Shown: positions 27,024-40,479 of the stretch, one piece after another
Position numbering within the stretch: the first letter of the stretch is position 1
Layout: every line of letters begins with the position of its first letter
NCBI GenBank assembly: GCA_964016885.1
Contig: OZ024740.1
Coordinates: 104,036,001-104,100,000, forward strand
DNA from: Eledone cirrhosa
Taxonomy: Eukaryota
Direction: 5' to 3'
Length of the DNA: 64,000 bases
Translations under genes and position numbers: made by a program
Notes under the pieces: model-generated
Seen by the model: the letters and a program-made list of their open reading frames with translations, nothing else
Database searches by the model: none
What the model was told of the DNA's origin: nothing

Positions 27024-27373
27024 ATTTCATTTTCATTTCATTTCATTTTTACGTCCGCTTTTTCCCTGCCTGCAAGGGTGGGACGGGAACTGATTCTGGC
27101 TTGATTTCTACAGCTGGATGCCCTTCCTAACACCAACCTCATTTACAGTGAGTGCTGCGTGCTTTTTTTTTTCTGTGGCGCCTACACGTCCACTTTGCAG
27201 TGGAATGATATGGACCCCAGTCCCTATCATCTCATTTCTACAGCTGAGTAAACTGGAGCAATGTGAAATAAAGTGTCTTGCTCAAGGAAACAACACATCA
27301 CCCGGTCTGAGAATTGAACTCACAACCTTTCGATTGCAAGGCCAATGCTCTAACCACTAAGCCATGTGCCTCC
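27024..27373 (-). mobile_element. tRNA/CORE-like SINE, full length
   Basis: Reverse complement of the 19721 family. The tail is (GAAAT)n-like here. Confidence 0.92.
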
Positions 27374-27380
27374 ATATATG

Positions 27381-27411
<31 letters not shown>

Positions 27412-27416
27412 GTATA

Positions 27417-28127
<711 letters not shown>

Positions 28128-28218
28128 ATATATGTATATATATGTATATATATGTATATATATTTATATATATGTACATATATATATATATATATATGTG
28201 TATATATATATGTATATG

Positions 28219-28304
<86 letters not shown>

Positions 28305-28372
28305 TATATATACATATGTGTATATATATATATATATGTATATATATATGTATATATATATGTATATATATG

Positions 28373-28424
<52 letters not shown>

Positions 28425-28460
28425 CACATATATATATGTATACATATATATATATATATA

Positions 28461-30292
28461 CAAAGGTGATGCCCTAGATAGGGGAAACTAATTAATTGAC
28501 CAAGTCATGAAGGTCACAGAAAAAGTAATAGCGCAACTAATCAGAGAGCGAATTGATCTAGATGAAATGCAGTTCGGGTTTGTGTCAGGTAAAAGTACAA
28601 CAGATGCTCTTTTCATTGTACGACAACTACAGGAGAAGTACCTAGCTAAAAGTAAACCCCTATACTTAGCTTTTGTTGACTTGGAGAAAGCCTTTGACAG
28701 AGTACCCCGCTCGATTATCTGGTGGGCCCTTAGAAAACTAGGTGTTGATGAATGGCTTGTGAGAGCTATACAAGCCATGTATAAAGAAACAGCCAGCAAG
28801 GCAAGATTAGAATTAACAACGAATATAGTGAAGAGTTTAGCGTAAAAGTTGGTGTTCATCAGGGCTCCCTACTATTTATTAATCCCCTTCAGGCTATAAC
28901 AGAGGAGATCAAGACCGGCTGCCCATGGGAACTCCTATATGCAGATGATCAAACGCTCATAGCTGAATCAATGGCTGAACTAGAGAAGAAATTTCAAACA
29001 TGGAAGCATGGCCTAGAATCAAAAGGCCTTAAAGTTAACTTGTCTAAGACTAAAGTTCTGGTTTGTAGGAAGGAAAATAGGGCACCGGTCCCATCTGGTA
29101 AATGGCCATGCTCAGTGTGTAGAAAAGGAGTAGGTAGAAACTCCATTTTATGTCCCAAATGCAAAGTATGGGTACATAAAAGATGTAGTGGGATCACAGG
29201 TAAACTATCTAAGAATATAGATTTTATATGTGGCCGGTGCTCTGGTGCAATAAGTAGCAGCAAGTGCCCACAGAATACTAACTCGTTCCATTGCACAGAT
29301 GGTTCTATAGAAATAGTGGACAGCTTCCGTTACCTGGGTGATAAAATCAGCAGTGAGGGAGGGTGCTCTGAAAGTACAGTAGCTAGGGTCAGCACGGGAT
29401 GGAAAAAGTTCAGAGAGCTTATACCACTATTGGCCGCTAAAGGGTTCTCTCTAAAAATGAAGGGCAGGCTGTATGATGCCTGCATACGAACAGCAATGTT
29501 ACATGGCAGTGAGACCTGGGCATTGTGTGCAGAGGATATACGCAGACTGGAGAGAAACGAAGCTTGCATGCTCCGCTGGATGTGTAATAGTAACATACGT
29601 GAACGGCAAAGCATAAACGTACTAAGGGAGAAATTAGAAATAAGAGGGATCAGATGTTGTTTACTCGAGAGAAGACTACGTTGGTATGGTCACGTGATGC
29701 GCATGAAAGACGACAGCTGTATAAAAAAGTGCAGTGCAATAAAAATAGACGGTAACCACGGAGTAGGCAGACCCAGAAAAACCTGGGATGACTTGATAAA
29801 TTCCGGCCTCACACACTTACACCTCTCCAAGGCAATGTCACTGGACCGAGAGCTTTGGCGCTACACAGTAATAGAGAAGACCCGCCTTACCTAAGTACAA
29901 AGTGAAACCTTCTACAGTCAGTAGGCACCTCTAACAAAATACACCCCATCCGACTACCCCCACCCCATCCACACCACCCCTTCAATGTAAAGTTATGTTG
30001 GTACCACAACATCCAGCCCGAAACAAATGTGCTCGTGTAGGTGTCACGACAAAAAAAAAACACACAGTCCACGCTGTAATGTGGCCGTGTAGGCAACATG
30101 GTAAAAACCTCCCAGTCCCACACTGTAAATGTGGTTGGTGTTAGGAAGGGCATCCAGCCGTAGAAAACCCGCCAGACAGTCCTATGCGAGCAAGACAACC
30201 ACTCTTGCCTCAAGTGGGAAAACCCCCGTCCAAACCAATGCAAGCGTGGAATATGGACGTTAAACGATGATGATGATGATGATGATGATGAT
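28461..30292 (+). mobile_element. RTE family B copy, 5'-truncated, frameshifted
   Basis: ORFs 28507-28845 and 28971-29894. 3' UTR lacks the 112-bp duplication. (GAT)n tail. Confidence 0.95.
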
Positions 30293-30444
30293 ATACCTAT
30301 ATATATATATACACATATATATATATATATATATACATATATATAAACAAACTGATGACATAGCCACTCTGAACCATCACAAACAAGTATGTGTTTATGT
30401 GCATGATATTTTGAGAGGGCGGAAGAGATGGATAGATACATACA

Positions 30445-30590
30445 AGCATTGTTGTGTGGTTAAGGAGTTTACTTCTTAACCACATGGTTTCAGGTTCAGT
30501 TCTATGACATGGCACCTTCAGCAAGTTTCTCCTACTATAACTTTGGAATGACCAATACTTTTCTAAGTGAAATTTTATAGATAGAAATTG
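30445..30590 (+). mobile_element. Old tRNA-derived SINE remnant
   Basis: gtgtggttaaggagtttacttcttaaccacatggtttcaggttcagt (A/B-box-like) followed by a decayed CORE-like accttcagcaagt. Confidence 0.55.
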
Positions 30591-31528
30591 TGCTACTTCT
30601 CTTAATTGGGAGATCACAGCTCCGATATTATGAACATGTGGTTACAATATACCAGGAAAGAATTGCTGGACAGCTTTTATTTCATGGAGACCCAGGAGTA
30701 GATCCAATGCAAGATGATTGGATAACATTCATAAGTTCAGCTGATCTCACTTGGGGATCCAGTCAGATCAATTGAAGATGGTTGATTCAGACAGGACCCC
30801 CTGGAAGGAGTACTATGAACTCTGCCCTCACAACCCTCCCAAGAATAAATGGGCAAAGAAGAAGATATATATGTGTGTATGTCCATATATGTGTTTATGT
30901 TCGGTAACTTAATAGTTTGACAAATTGAGCTCAAATATATACCAGACTCGAAAAAAATAAGTATAAAAAGTAAAAATGTGTTGCAGTAGTTGTTCTGGTT
31001 CTCAGCACTTTGAGTTCAAATTCCAAGATCAACTTAGCCTTTCATTCTTTCAGGGTTGATAAATATAATACCAGTCTAGGAGCAAAAGATTGGCTGAAAT
31101 GTTAAAGCTTTAGACAGTATACCTTGTGGTATCTTCTAGTTCTGTACATTCAAATCCTGTCTCCTGTTCCAGGAAAAAGATTGTTGGTACTTCTATCAGG
31201 AATTGCCACTGACAGTATTAGGAATGGGAAAGACCATTTGAATCATAGTCTCAATTTGGGGGATCATTCATATTCCAGTTGATCATCATCATCATCGTAT
31301 CTATGTCCACATTTTAAACTGACGCATGTTGATCAGTTTTTATGGCTTGCATTAGCTCATATTCAATGTTACTGCTCTTATAGAAAAGTCAGTTTCATTT
31401 TTAGTATGATTTATACGCTTCGTAGCACCAACCACTTTACAATATATACTGAGAGTATTTTATCATAGAACCTGCTCTAGAGAGTTTGGCATGCCCTCAG
31501 CAAGACTGAAAAGTTCTTTCTATCCTAT

Positions 31529-31800
31529 ATCATCATCATCATCACCATCATCATCACTGTTTAATGTCCATTTTTCCACACTAGCATGAGTTAGACAATT
31601 TGTCCTGTTATGAAATAAGTCAGATCAGATAACTGTGTCTTGCTCAGACAGAACTATTTTGGGCTTGGTTTCTACAGCTGGATGCCTTTTCTAATGCCAA
31701 CCACATTATCATCTATGTTTAATCACCAACCACTTTACAGAGTGAAGTAGGTGCATTTATCATGGCATCAACACTAGAGGGGTTACCATATCGGCTGTGA
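31529..31800 (-). mobile_element. Diverged RTE/SINE 3' UTR remnant
   Basis: (CAT)n, then ccacactagcatgag ... ttctacagctggatgccttttctaatgccaacc, similar to the family A UTR. Confidence 0.7.
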
Positions 31801-32014
31801 AGCTAAAATGCCTTCTCCATTCCATATATTCTCTATTCTTTGAAGGCATTCATGATTAAATGAGTGATTAGGAAAGGAGAGGAGCAATGGCTACATTGAA
31901 AGAGAGAAATGTAGATATGAGTGTGAAAGGGAAAAAACTGAGTTATAGGGTGATAGAAGATCTAAAGGATCGTTGATAGTTACATGTTGGTTGTGGGTAG
32001 AGAGTAAGAATTTA

Positions 32015-32204
32015 CTGTATATACTCGAATATAAGCTGAGAAATATGTGACCAAAAAGTCGATGGTAAAATGGGGGAGGGGTGCTTATGTAACCATCTAA
32101 ACATGTTGACTAGTTGCCTTGGCATGTAAACGGGGTTTGGAATTTTGCCCATTTCTTAGACATAAAATAGGGTGGGTGGTTGGCTTATATTCGAGTATAT
32201 ATGA
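32015..32204. mobile_element. Tc1/mariner-superfamily MITE
   Basis: Terminal inverted repeats ctgtatatactcgaatataagc / gcttatattcgagtatatatga, flanked by TA on both sides. Confidence 0.75.
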
Positions 32205-33374
32205 TAAGCAGAAAAGAAACATGATGGGATAGCAATAGAGGTGTGTCATGGTAGGAGAGAGCAAGAGATGGATATTAACAGAAAAGAATGATGTTGAAAA
32301 TAATAGGTACAAAGAGACCATCAGTTAGAGGTAGAACAGTGATTCTCAATGGAAAGGCACTTGGCTCACAGAGAAATTATTTAGTCAAAGGAGGAATCCA
32401 AACTGTGAAAGAGTAGTGTATATTGTATCTATATATCAGATGAAATACCATTATACACAACACTAAGCGCAATCACTAGTTAACAGCTCACAAAAAACTG
32501 CTGCTTCAGACTTAATCCCGTTTGGGTCTATATAGTTATTAAGGTTTGAAAATATTGCTCATGTTAATATGGGGCTTAGGTGAAAAATTACTGGATGGTG
32601 ATTCAAAATAAGAAGGATTGAAGAAAACTGAGGTCACAAGGAAAGGAATGTGACCTGGGTATCTGAGATCCACTGAGAGAAAAAATGTTGGTATTAGACA
32701 TGAGTATGAGTGAGGGATGTTAACAACTATAGGTGATAGTAAGAGAGACTAGTAAATGCCAGCTAATAATCTTATGAAGGAGGAGAGAGTGAGCAAATGG
32801 ATGTTAGTGTGAGAGAATGCCAGTACTGAATAAAGAGATCTAAAGTCATTCCTTGTTACACAGAGTGATGGTAAGATAGAGCTAGGTGATAATGACACTG
32901 GTGTAATAATGGATGCTAGAGGAGGGTGCTGATTAAGAATGGACAGATCAAATGTTCTCCCACATTACTACAGAGGATGATAGTATAGAGGATGATAGAT
33001 GAGAGAATAGTGAGATGGACAGCCAAAGGAGATACTGACTTAACAGTAATATAGTGGGCAAGAGGCTCAAAGGAATATTATACAACCTAAACTATATCAT
33101 TACCATTTTTATTTTTTATTTATTTGATGGATGATTCACAAAGAGATTGAAAAAAGAGGAGATAGATAGATAGACAGAGTCCGTGAGAGAAAGATAAGAA
33201 ACAAAGATTGAGTGAATAGATATAGAAATAGCTGGTGTTTATAATGTTTAAACTAGTAGACTATATGTAATCTGAAACTAAACAAATATACTTTGATATA
33301 AGTGCTCAATAGGAGACTAAGAGAATGAAATAATGTCTGGATCAAATTTTGCCTTGATCTTCAAATATAGTGGA

Positions 33375-33618
33375 ATTCAAATCCTGCCATGGTCAGCTTC
33401 GAAGCTCATCCTTCTGGGATTGATGAAATAAAGTACCAATTAAATAATTGTTTCTACTTTTGGCACAAGGCCAGCAGTTACCCACTGTATTACTGGTACT
33501 TTATTTTATCGACCCCATAAGGATGAAAGGCAAAGTTAACCTTGGCGGGATTTGAACTCAGAATGGCAAGGGTCGTAACTCTATGTGTCAAAGCATGGTG
33601 TCCGACCCCCCACCGATG
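33375..33618. mobile_element. Two tail-to-tail fragments of a second SINE family
   Basis: Plus-strand fragment 33375-33445 and minus-strand copy 33446-33618 share the gcctttcatcct..ggggtcgataaaataaagtacc block. Confidence 0.75.
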
Positions 33619-33821
33619 GGTTAATTTAATCAACAAACATCTCCTCAACCACATTTCTGGTCCTGTACCTATAACAGAAATTACAAAGATTTTGTAATGT
33701 TATGATTCTCTTTGATGTTGTTGTTGTTTAGTTCCAGGCCAAACCTGATTGAGCACACTGCTAATCAAAGACATTCCAGCCATGACTATCCCAACTTTGT
33801 AAGAGTGTATGCAGCTAAATA

Positions 33822-34018
33822 TGGGGGTAGGTTGAAAAGTTCATAGGCTTACTATGAAAGAGTGATACCAGGGCTGTGAAATCTTGCATGCATTAATTTC
33901 AACTCTTCTTATTAATAACTGCATTGATTCTTTCCAGGGACTATGTTGAAAAATAAACCTCATTTGGTCATTCTATGAGAGTATCTTGGTCAGTCTATGA
34001 ACTTTTCAGCGAACCTCA
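33822..34018. mobile_element. Mariner-like MITE
   Basis: Imperfect TIRs ggttgaaaagttcatagg / tctatgaacttttcagc. Confidence 0.6.
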
Positions 34019-34891
34019 CACATTATCTAATCTGTCTTTTCCTTATGACATTATGGTGCAATTTGAGAGAAATTTGGCTGTTATTCTAGCCTTTCGAGAG
34101 ACCACATTGAAACTCTACAATTGTCATATTGTGTGGATATATATACACATTGGCATTCATACAGATACACATATTTATGCATACATACATGCACATATAA
34201 ATACATTCATATATCTGTGTGGGTTTACTTGTGTATGTTTATTACTCATAATGCTTCTCTTTCTCTCTTCTCTGTCTAACTATCTATCTATCATATCGTA
34301 CCACTTTTTGTTGTATGTAAACTTCCCCCTTTGTATTTGTCCCCTTCTTTTGTGCCCCTGTGGCTAATAAAGAAACATATCTATCATATTGTACCACTAA
34401 GGGCAATGTATATAATAACTTTATTGTTAAAATATATTTATCACCTCTTGTCAATCAAACCATTTGTCTGTCAGGGCATATGGCTATGGAGCTTATTTCA
34501 AGGTCAATGATTTACTTAATGATGTTGTTGTCCTGTAATCAGACACACAGGTGATATACTGCCACAGACACACACTCACACACACATATATACTTACCTA
34601 CATATTCAATCATAAAATGCATGTATATATATATTTATATATATATGTGGAAAAATGGACATTAAACAGTGATGACGATAATAATGATGATAATGATGAT
34701 ATTGATATACTGTATATATATGTGTGTGTGTGCGTGCACACATGTGTGTGTGTGTGTGTTGTCTAACCATCAGGACTCTTCTTACTGCGATGAGAAATTG
34801 GGAAGTCTAGAACAAGAACTTTGTGCATGCTTCACCTTCAATGGAGGGATGACTCAAGAAGATGTATCATGAGGATTATCTATATATATAC

Positions 34892-35530
34892 ATCATTATC
34901 ATCATCACCATTCAAAGCCCATTTTTCCACACTAGAATGGGTTGGACGAGTTGTCCTGTTGTGAGAAATGCCAGGTCAGGTGACTGTGTCTTGCTCATAC
35001 AGAACCTATTTTGGTTTGGTTTCTACAGCCGGATGCCCTTCCTAACACCAACCACATTTACAGTGAGTACTGTGTGTTTTTTGTAGTGACACCTACATGA
35101 CCACTTTACAGTATGGGCTGGCTGCTTTTTGTTGTGTCGCCATCATGGCCACTTTACAGTGTTGTCTGGGTGCTTTTTGTCGTGTTGCCATCATGATCAC
35201 TTTACAGTGTGGGCTGGAGGCTTCACTGGATGTATGGTTCAGCCTGTCTTCATGGGAGAGATATGGGATGGTGGGGTGAGGTGGTACATACTATATACAT
35301 GCTTCAATTTCAGCCTGTGCCCACTTGGGACAGCAGATGGAATTTCTACCTACACCTTTCCTACACACTGAGCAAGGCAATTTCCATTAGGGGATAAGGC
35401 CTCTATTTTCCCTTCTACTTACTAGGACCTTAGTCTTTGTCAGGTTGACTTTAAGACACTTTGTTTCTAGGCCATGCTTCGAGGTTTGGAATTTCTTCTC
35501 TAGTTCTACCATAGACTCAGCTATGAGTTG
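34892..35530 (-). mobile_element. Old internally deleted RTE (family A-related) remnant
   Basis: Diverged 3' UTR joined to an RT/PHD fragment (cctacacctttcctacacactgagcaaggc = [10 protein letters not shown] on the minus strand). Confidence 0.8.
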
Positions 35531-36221
35531 TTACCAATATATTTTCCCCATCAAGGGCAGTGGCTTGGAAAATCCAGTAGAATAGTGAGAAAAATGCCTT
35601 GCAGCATCCAATCACAACCCTTGACATTTTGAATTCAGATCCTGCCAAATCAACTTTGCATTTCTTGCTTACAAAGATCAATAAAAGAACCAGTCAAGTA
35701 GTGGGGTCAGTATCATTGAAAAATGGGTGGCCTTGTGCCTATGTCAGAGATCAATATATTTGTTTATCATTTGTGTTTTTAGAAAGGAGGGATGGATGGT
35801 CCCATACCCCCCCCCCCCTGGAGTTGTAGGGGCACTGAATTGATATATGGTGTTTCTAAGGAATTTTAAAACCTGGCGGAGCCCATTTCCTCTCCAGGTC
35901 TGAATATAGAAGATTTCTTCCAGAGAAGGATAGAGAGGAAGTAAGAAAGAAATATAGAGGAAAAATCGACTGGTACTTTTTTTTATCAACCTCAAATGGA
36001 TGAAAGATAAAGTTGATCTCAACATGATTTAAACTCAGAGAGCAGAGAGCCAAAAGGAATACTGCAAAGCATTCTATCTGATGTTCTCACTACTCTGAAA
36101 TCCATCACCATCGTTATTAGAAAAACAACAATATAAAAGATAAAATCTGATCCACAGGCTTCACCTTATTACTATTTCTTTACCCTGTGACTTACAACTG
36201 ATCTAATTCTCTCTTGCTTAT

Positions 36222-36545
36222 ATATTAGCTTGTGCAAGTGACATGGCATAACTGTGCACTGATGCATCATCTTACTGTCTCTTATATAATAGCATGTACA
36301 AGTGACATGGAGTAACTGTGCACTGTAACATCATCTTATTGTCTTTTAAACATCATCTTATTGTCTTTTAAGCTTGTACAAGTGACATGATGTAACTGTG
36401 CACTGATGCATCATCTTATTGTCTCATATATTAGCTTGTATAAGTGACATGGTGTAACTGTGCACTGATGCATCATCTTATTGTCTCATATATTAGCTTG
36501 TATAAGTGACATGGTGTAACTGTGCACTGATGCATTGATGCATCA
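36222..36545. repeat. Tandem repeat of about 62 bp, roughly 5 copies
   Basis: Unit tattagcttgtataagtgacatggtgtaactgtgcactgatgcatcatcttattgtctcata. Confidence 0.9.
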
Positions 36546-36684
36546 TTCACAGCCTTCACTTACTTTTCCCTTACACTTTTCTCTGCTCATGTCTCAGTCA
36601 ATCTCTCTTTCTCTCCCTCACTATCACTTGTCCATCATACACTTTCTCTCTCTCTCTCTATCTATCTTCATTTCCCAACCACTC

Positions 36685-36724
<40 letters not shown>

Positions 36725-36894
36725 ATGTACGTGTATATATATATACACACACATACACATACACATATTGCTATATTGCTACCTGTCACAATAAAACAGT
36801 CTGCAGTCTCTCATTGACTTTTCACAGAATGGAATTCTTGGATATTCTTAATAGCTTCATGTTAAACACTTGCTGTTGCTGTACAGTATCATAT

Positions 36895-37190
36895 TCTACT
36901 GTACTGTATGTACATCACACATACACATACATGCACATATTGTACTGTACACCACACACACATACATGCACATATTGTACTGTACATTACATACACATAC
37001 ATACGCATAAATGTAAATGAATCCTACACCAACATTACAGTACATCAAACACACACACACATATTGTGCTGTACATCACACACACATATATATATGCATA
37101 AATTTAAATGAATCCTACACCAACATTACAGTACATCAAACACAAACATATGCATATTGTACTGTACATCACACACACATACATAAAGGT
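36895..37190. repeat. AC-rich degenerate tandem repeat
   Basis: Repeated tattgtactgtacatcacacac and a duplicated aatgaatcctacaccaacattacagtacatcaaacac. Confidence 0.75.
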
Positions 37191-37542
37191 AAATTGATCC
37201 AACACCGGCTTTTATTCAGGTGTTCAGTCAACTGTATTATCTACTTATTGAACTAGAATGTAAGTGGCTGAGTATTCCACAAACCCTTGTATGTTTAATG
37301 TAATCCTCAGGTTGAATGGGAGAAGCAGTTTGACATTGTGTAAGAAGCTGTGACTTTTTTTAATTAGAGAAATAATCCATTTGACAGCATCAACACAGTT
37401 CTCATCTGCAGGATTTCATTAACAAAGTGTGAGTCAATCTGGGGCTATGGTAAAAGATATGAGCCCAAGTCTCTTGAATCCATGACCTCAAAATTACAAA
37501 ATGAACTTATTGATGACTCAACCAGATACACACATGCACACG

Positions 37543-37610
<68 letters not shown>

Positions 37611-37974
37611 ATTATAAATACATATGAAGGCTGCAATTCGATTTTGAGTAAGGCCATCACTTGATACTTAAGCATGAGCATCACGGCCATGGCTTTTTAG
37701 ACCTGCTAGGGACTTGCCTATGGCCATCAATACCATGAATAACAAAAAATGTCACATATCAAGTGATGCCTGTGTTTGAAACTTTTTTATGTGAGAAAAG
37801 GTTTTGCATGGGACCAATCCCACTCTCTGAACATCGAATGCATTTACCCCAAAAGTAGAACTGGTCTACATCATTAGATGCAGATGAAGTCGCAAGTTTT
37901 ATATCAGAGTGACCTTCTCCTGGAGAGATATCTTAATGAAGACTAGGAGTGTATCGCTCCACAAAAAAAAAAAT

Positions 37975-38160
37975 TTATTGGATAGCTGTTGACTCTCTTG
38001 AGTTCATCTGTCCTTTGACCTTTTTTGTTTTTCATCCAACAGGTTGTCCAAAAACACCCTCCTCACCAAGCAAGCTTGGTTGGGTTTCCGGTTTAGTCAC
38101 CAATGACTCGACCATGCACAGGTTGTACAGGGTTACATGTTACCAGTAGTGCTGAAGAAC
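37975..38160 (-). mobile_element. Diverged relative of the family C / RTE 5' end
   Basis: Reverse complement gagtcattggtgactaaaccggaaacccaaccaagcttgcttggtgaggagggtg aligns to 27572-27625. Confidence 0.75.
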
Positions 38161-38200
38161 GACCTGTATATATGTATATACACACACACACACACACATA

Positions 38201-38260
<60 letters not shown>

Positions 38261-38611
38261 GTATATATATATATATACCCACACACACACAAAATACCAC
38301 AAAACATTCTATCCAATGCTAGAACTTTGGATAGAATGCTTTGTGGTATTTGTTCCAGCTCATTGCACTCCGAATTCAAATCCTGCCGAGGTTACTTTTG
38401 CCTTTCATCCTTTCAAGGGTGATAAAAAAAAGTACCAAACTAGTACTGGGGTTAATCCTTCCTCTATGTCTTTTTCTCACTTCCTTTCTCTGATTCTGCT
38501 GTATTCAAACCTGGAGAGATGGGCTGTGCCAGGTTGAAAATGTCCAAGAAACGCTCCAACTACTCCATCAGATGTTACACACACACACACACACACATTG
38601 GACAAGCTATC

Positions 38612-38966
38612 ACTGACATGTTCTGACACTGAAGGCTTATTTTCATATACAGTGCAATTATTTTTTTGAAGCCTCTAAATTTTGAAAATAATCAAACATT
38701 TGGAGGAATTTAATAAAATAACAGTTTTTCATTAGTAAGTTGATATTTAGAACTTTACTTAAAAAAATTTTCTAAAATAAAATTATGATGAAAAGATTTA
38801 CTATAAAGATAAACATTTTAAAATGAGTAGTTTTGTATCTTAAATCTAAGAGAATTTCAGGTGGGTTAGTATCAAAAAGGTTTAAAATGGCTCCTCAGCG
38901 TTAGAGACTCCAAAAAATAACTGCACTGTATATGAAAATAAGCCTTACGTGTCAGAACATGTCAGT
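38612..38966. repeat. Inverted repeat of about 65 bp with a 220-bp AT-rich spacer (probable MITE)
   Basis: ctgacatgttctgacac..aaggcttattttcatatacagtgca / tgcactgtatatgaaaataagcctt..gtgtcagaacatgtcag. Confidence 0.75.
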
Positions 38967-39099
38967 TATATTTTGTTCAATTTCAGTCAGGAATTTTCAC
39001 CTTCATTCTGAATAATGGAAAAGAGTGGCGAAATCTAGTTCCTTTATAATCATATTCTGTGAAAGAGACAATGGTTATGATCCAAGGAAAAGTATGTGA

Positions 39100-39420
39100 T
39101 TGTATGAAACAAGGCTTGCTCTCCAAGAAGGTAATGTTTTGTGTTTGTTGGGATATGAAGGAATATGTTTATTGTGAGGTGTTATCTTGTCATATGAATG
39201 TCAATTCGAAGTATTGCATCATTTATTGTTACAAAAGCAAGTGAACACTGGTCAATTGGAAAAGTATTGTAATCTTGCATGATAATGCAAGACTACATAT
39301 TGCAATGTGCATCCAGAAAAAATTCTGACTCTAAATACGGAGATGTTGTCTCATTCTACTTGCCAAACTTTGTTCCATCAGATTTTTATGTTTCATTGAC
39401 AAAAAACAGTTCACCAATTA
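39100..39420 (+). pseudogene. Mariner transposase remnant
   Basis: Decayed motifs in order: KKVMFCVCWDMK, LHDNARLH, and a YSPDLAPSD-like YLPNFVPSDFY. Confidence 0.75.
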
Positions 39421-40249
39421 TGAAAAAGTTAAAAATGACACAGAGGTGGAATTTTTACTTCAAAACTCAAGGAATTTTATGCTCAAGGCATAACATTTTA
39501 TGCTCTTCAGTGCCGTAGACAAGATAAATCGTTTTAACATGTATGCATGATGTGACGTTTGTCAATCATTCAGATATGTGTTGTTAATAAATGTTTCTTT
39601 AAAACAATAGTCATTTTACTAAAAAAAAAAAAAAAAAAAAAAAATGGCACAGCAACTGTAGCTGTGTAAAATATATGTGGCAGTCAACAGGTTAATAACT
39701 TGCCTACTAGATGGGATTTTGTCACAAAATTAGAAGGAAGATATTAACTTGATTCATCATCTCTGTTTAACATCTATTTGTCCAAGCTAACATGGATGAG
39801 ACAGGTCAGATCAGATGACCATGTCTTGCTCATACAGAACTGTTTCTAGCTTAGTTTCTCCAGCTTCCTAATGCCAACTACATTTGCAGCGTGGACTGGG
39901 TGCTTTTTATCGTGGCACCAAAATGACTACTTTACAGGGGATGGACTGGGTGCTTTTTTTCGTGTCACCAACACGACCACTTTACAATGTGGACTGGACA
40001 GTGGGGGTGGTGTGTGTATGTAGGGTGGGGATTGGAGGGATAGGTTCATGACTTAGTTGGTGAAGGGGGAGTGTTAGGACGTCAGAGGTGTATGGAAGGA
40101 AGAGGGGGAGAAGTGGTGCATCATTCTAAAAATTCTAAAAAAAAATGGCGACAAGGAAGGACGCTTGACCACGTCTTGACCAAACAAAATATAATATTTT
40201 TACCAAAAACTGCCCTTTAAACACATGTCACATGGATTACAATATTCAT

Positions 40250-40428
40250 TGCAGTATCGGTAGAGGGTCAGACACCATGCTTTCCAGCATAGTTACGTCC
40301 CTTTACGATCTGAGTTCAAATCCTGCCGAGGTTGACTTTGCCTTTCATCCTTACGGGGTCGATGAAATAAAGTACCAGTAATGCACTGGGTAATTGCTGG
40401 CCTTGTGCCTAAAGTAGAAACAATTATT
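40250..40428 (+). mobile_element. Second-family SINE copy
   Basis: B-box gagttcaaatcc plus gcctttcatccttacggggtcgat. Near-identical inverted copy at 46830-47012. Confidence 0.85.
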
Positions 40429-40479
40429 ACAATTACTTTGACTGTTCCCTGACAACTAGTACCAGCTTCAACATAGAAT

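Noticed and set aside
32337-32632. hAT-like MITE (cagtgattctcaa..ttgaagaaaactg)
   Set aside because: The termini are too degenerate and no 8-bp TSD was confirmed.
36222-36545. CRISPR-like array
   Set aside because: Contiguous tandem units with no unique spacers, in a eukaryotic context.
40140-40152. YY1-like motif aaaatggcg near the CR1 5' end
   Set aside because: A single short motif separated from the LINE by a SINE, with no supporting evidence.
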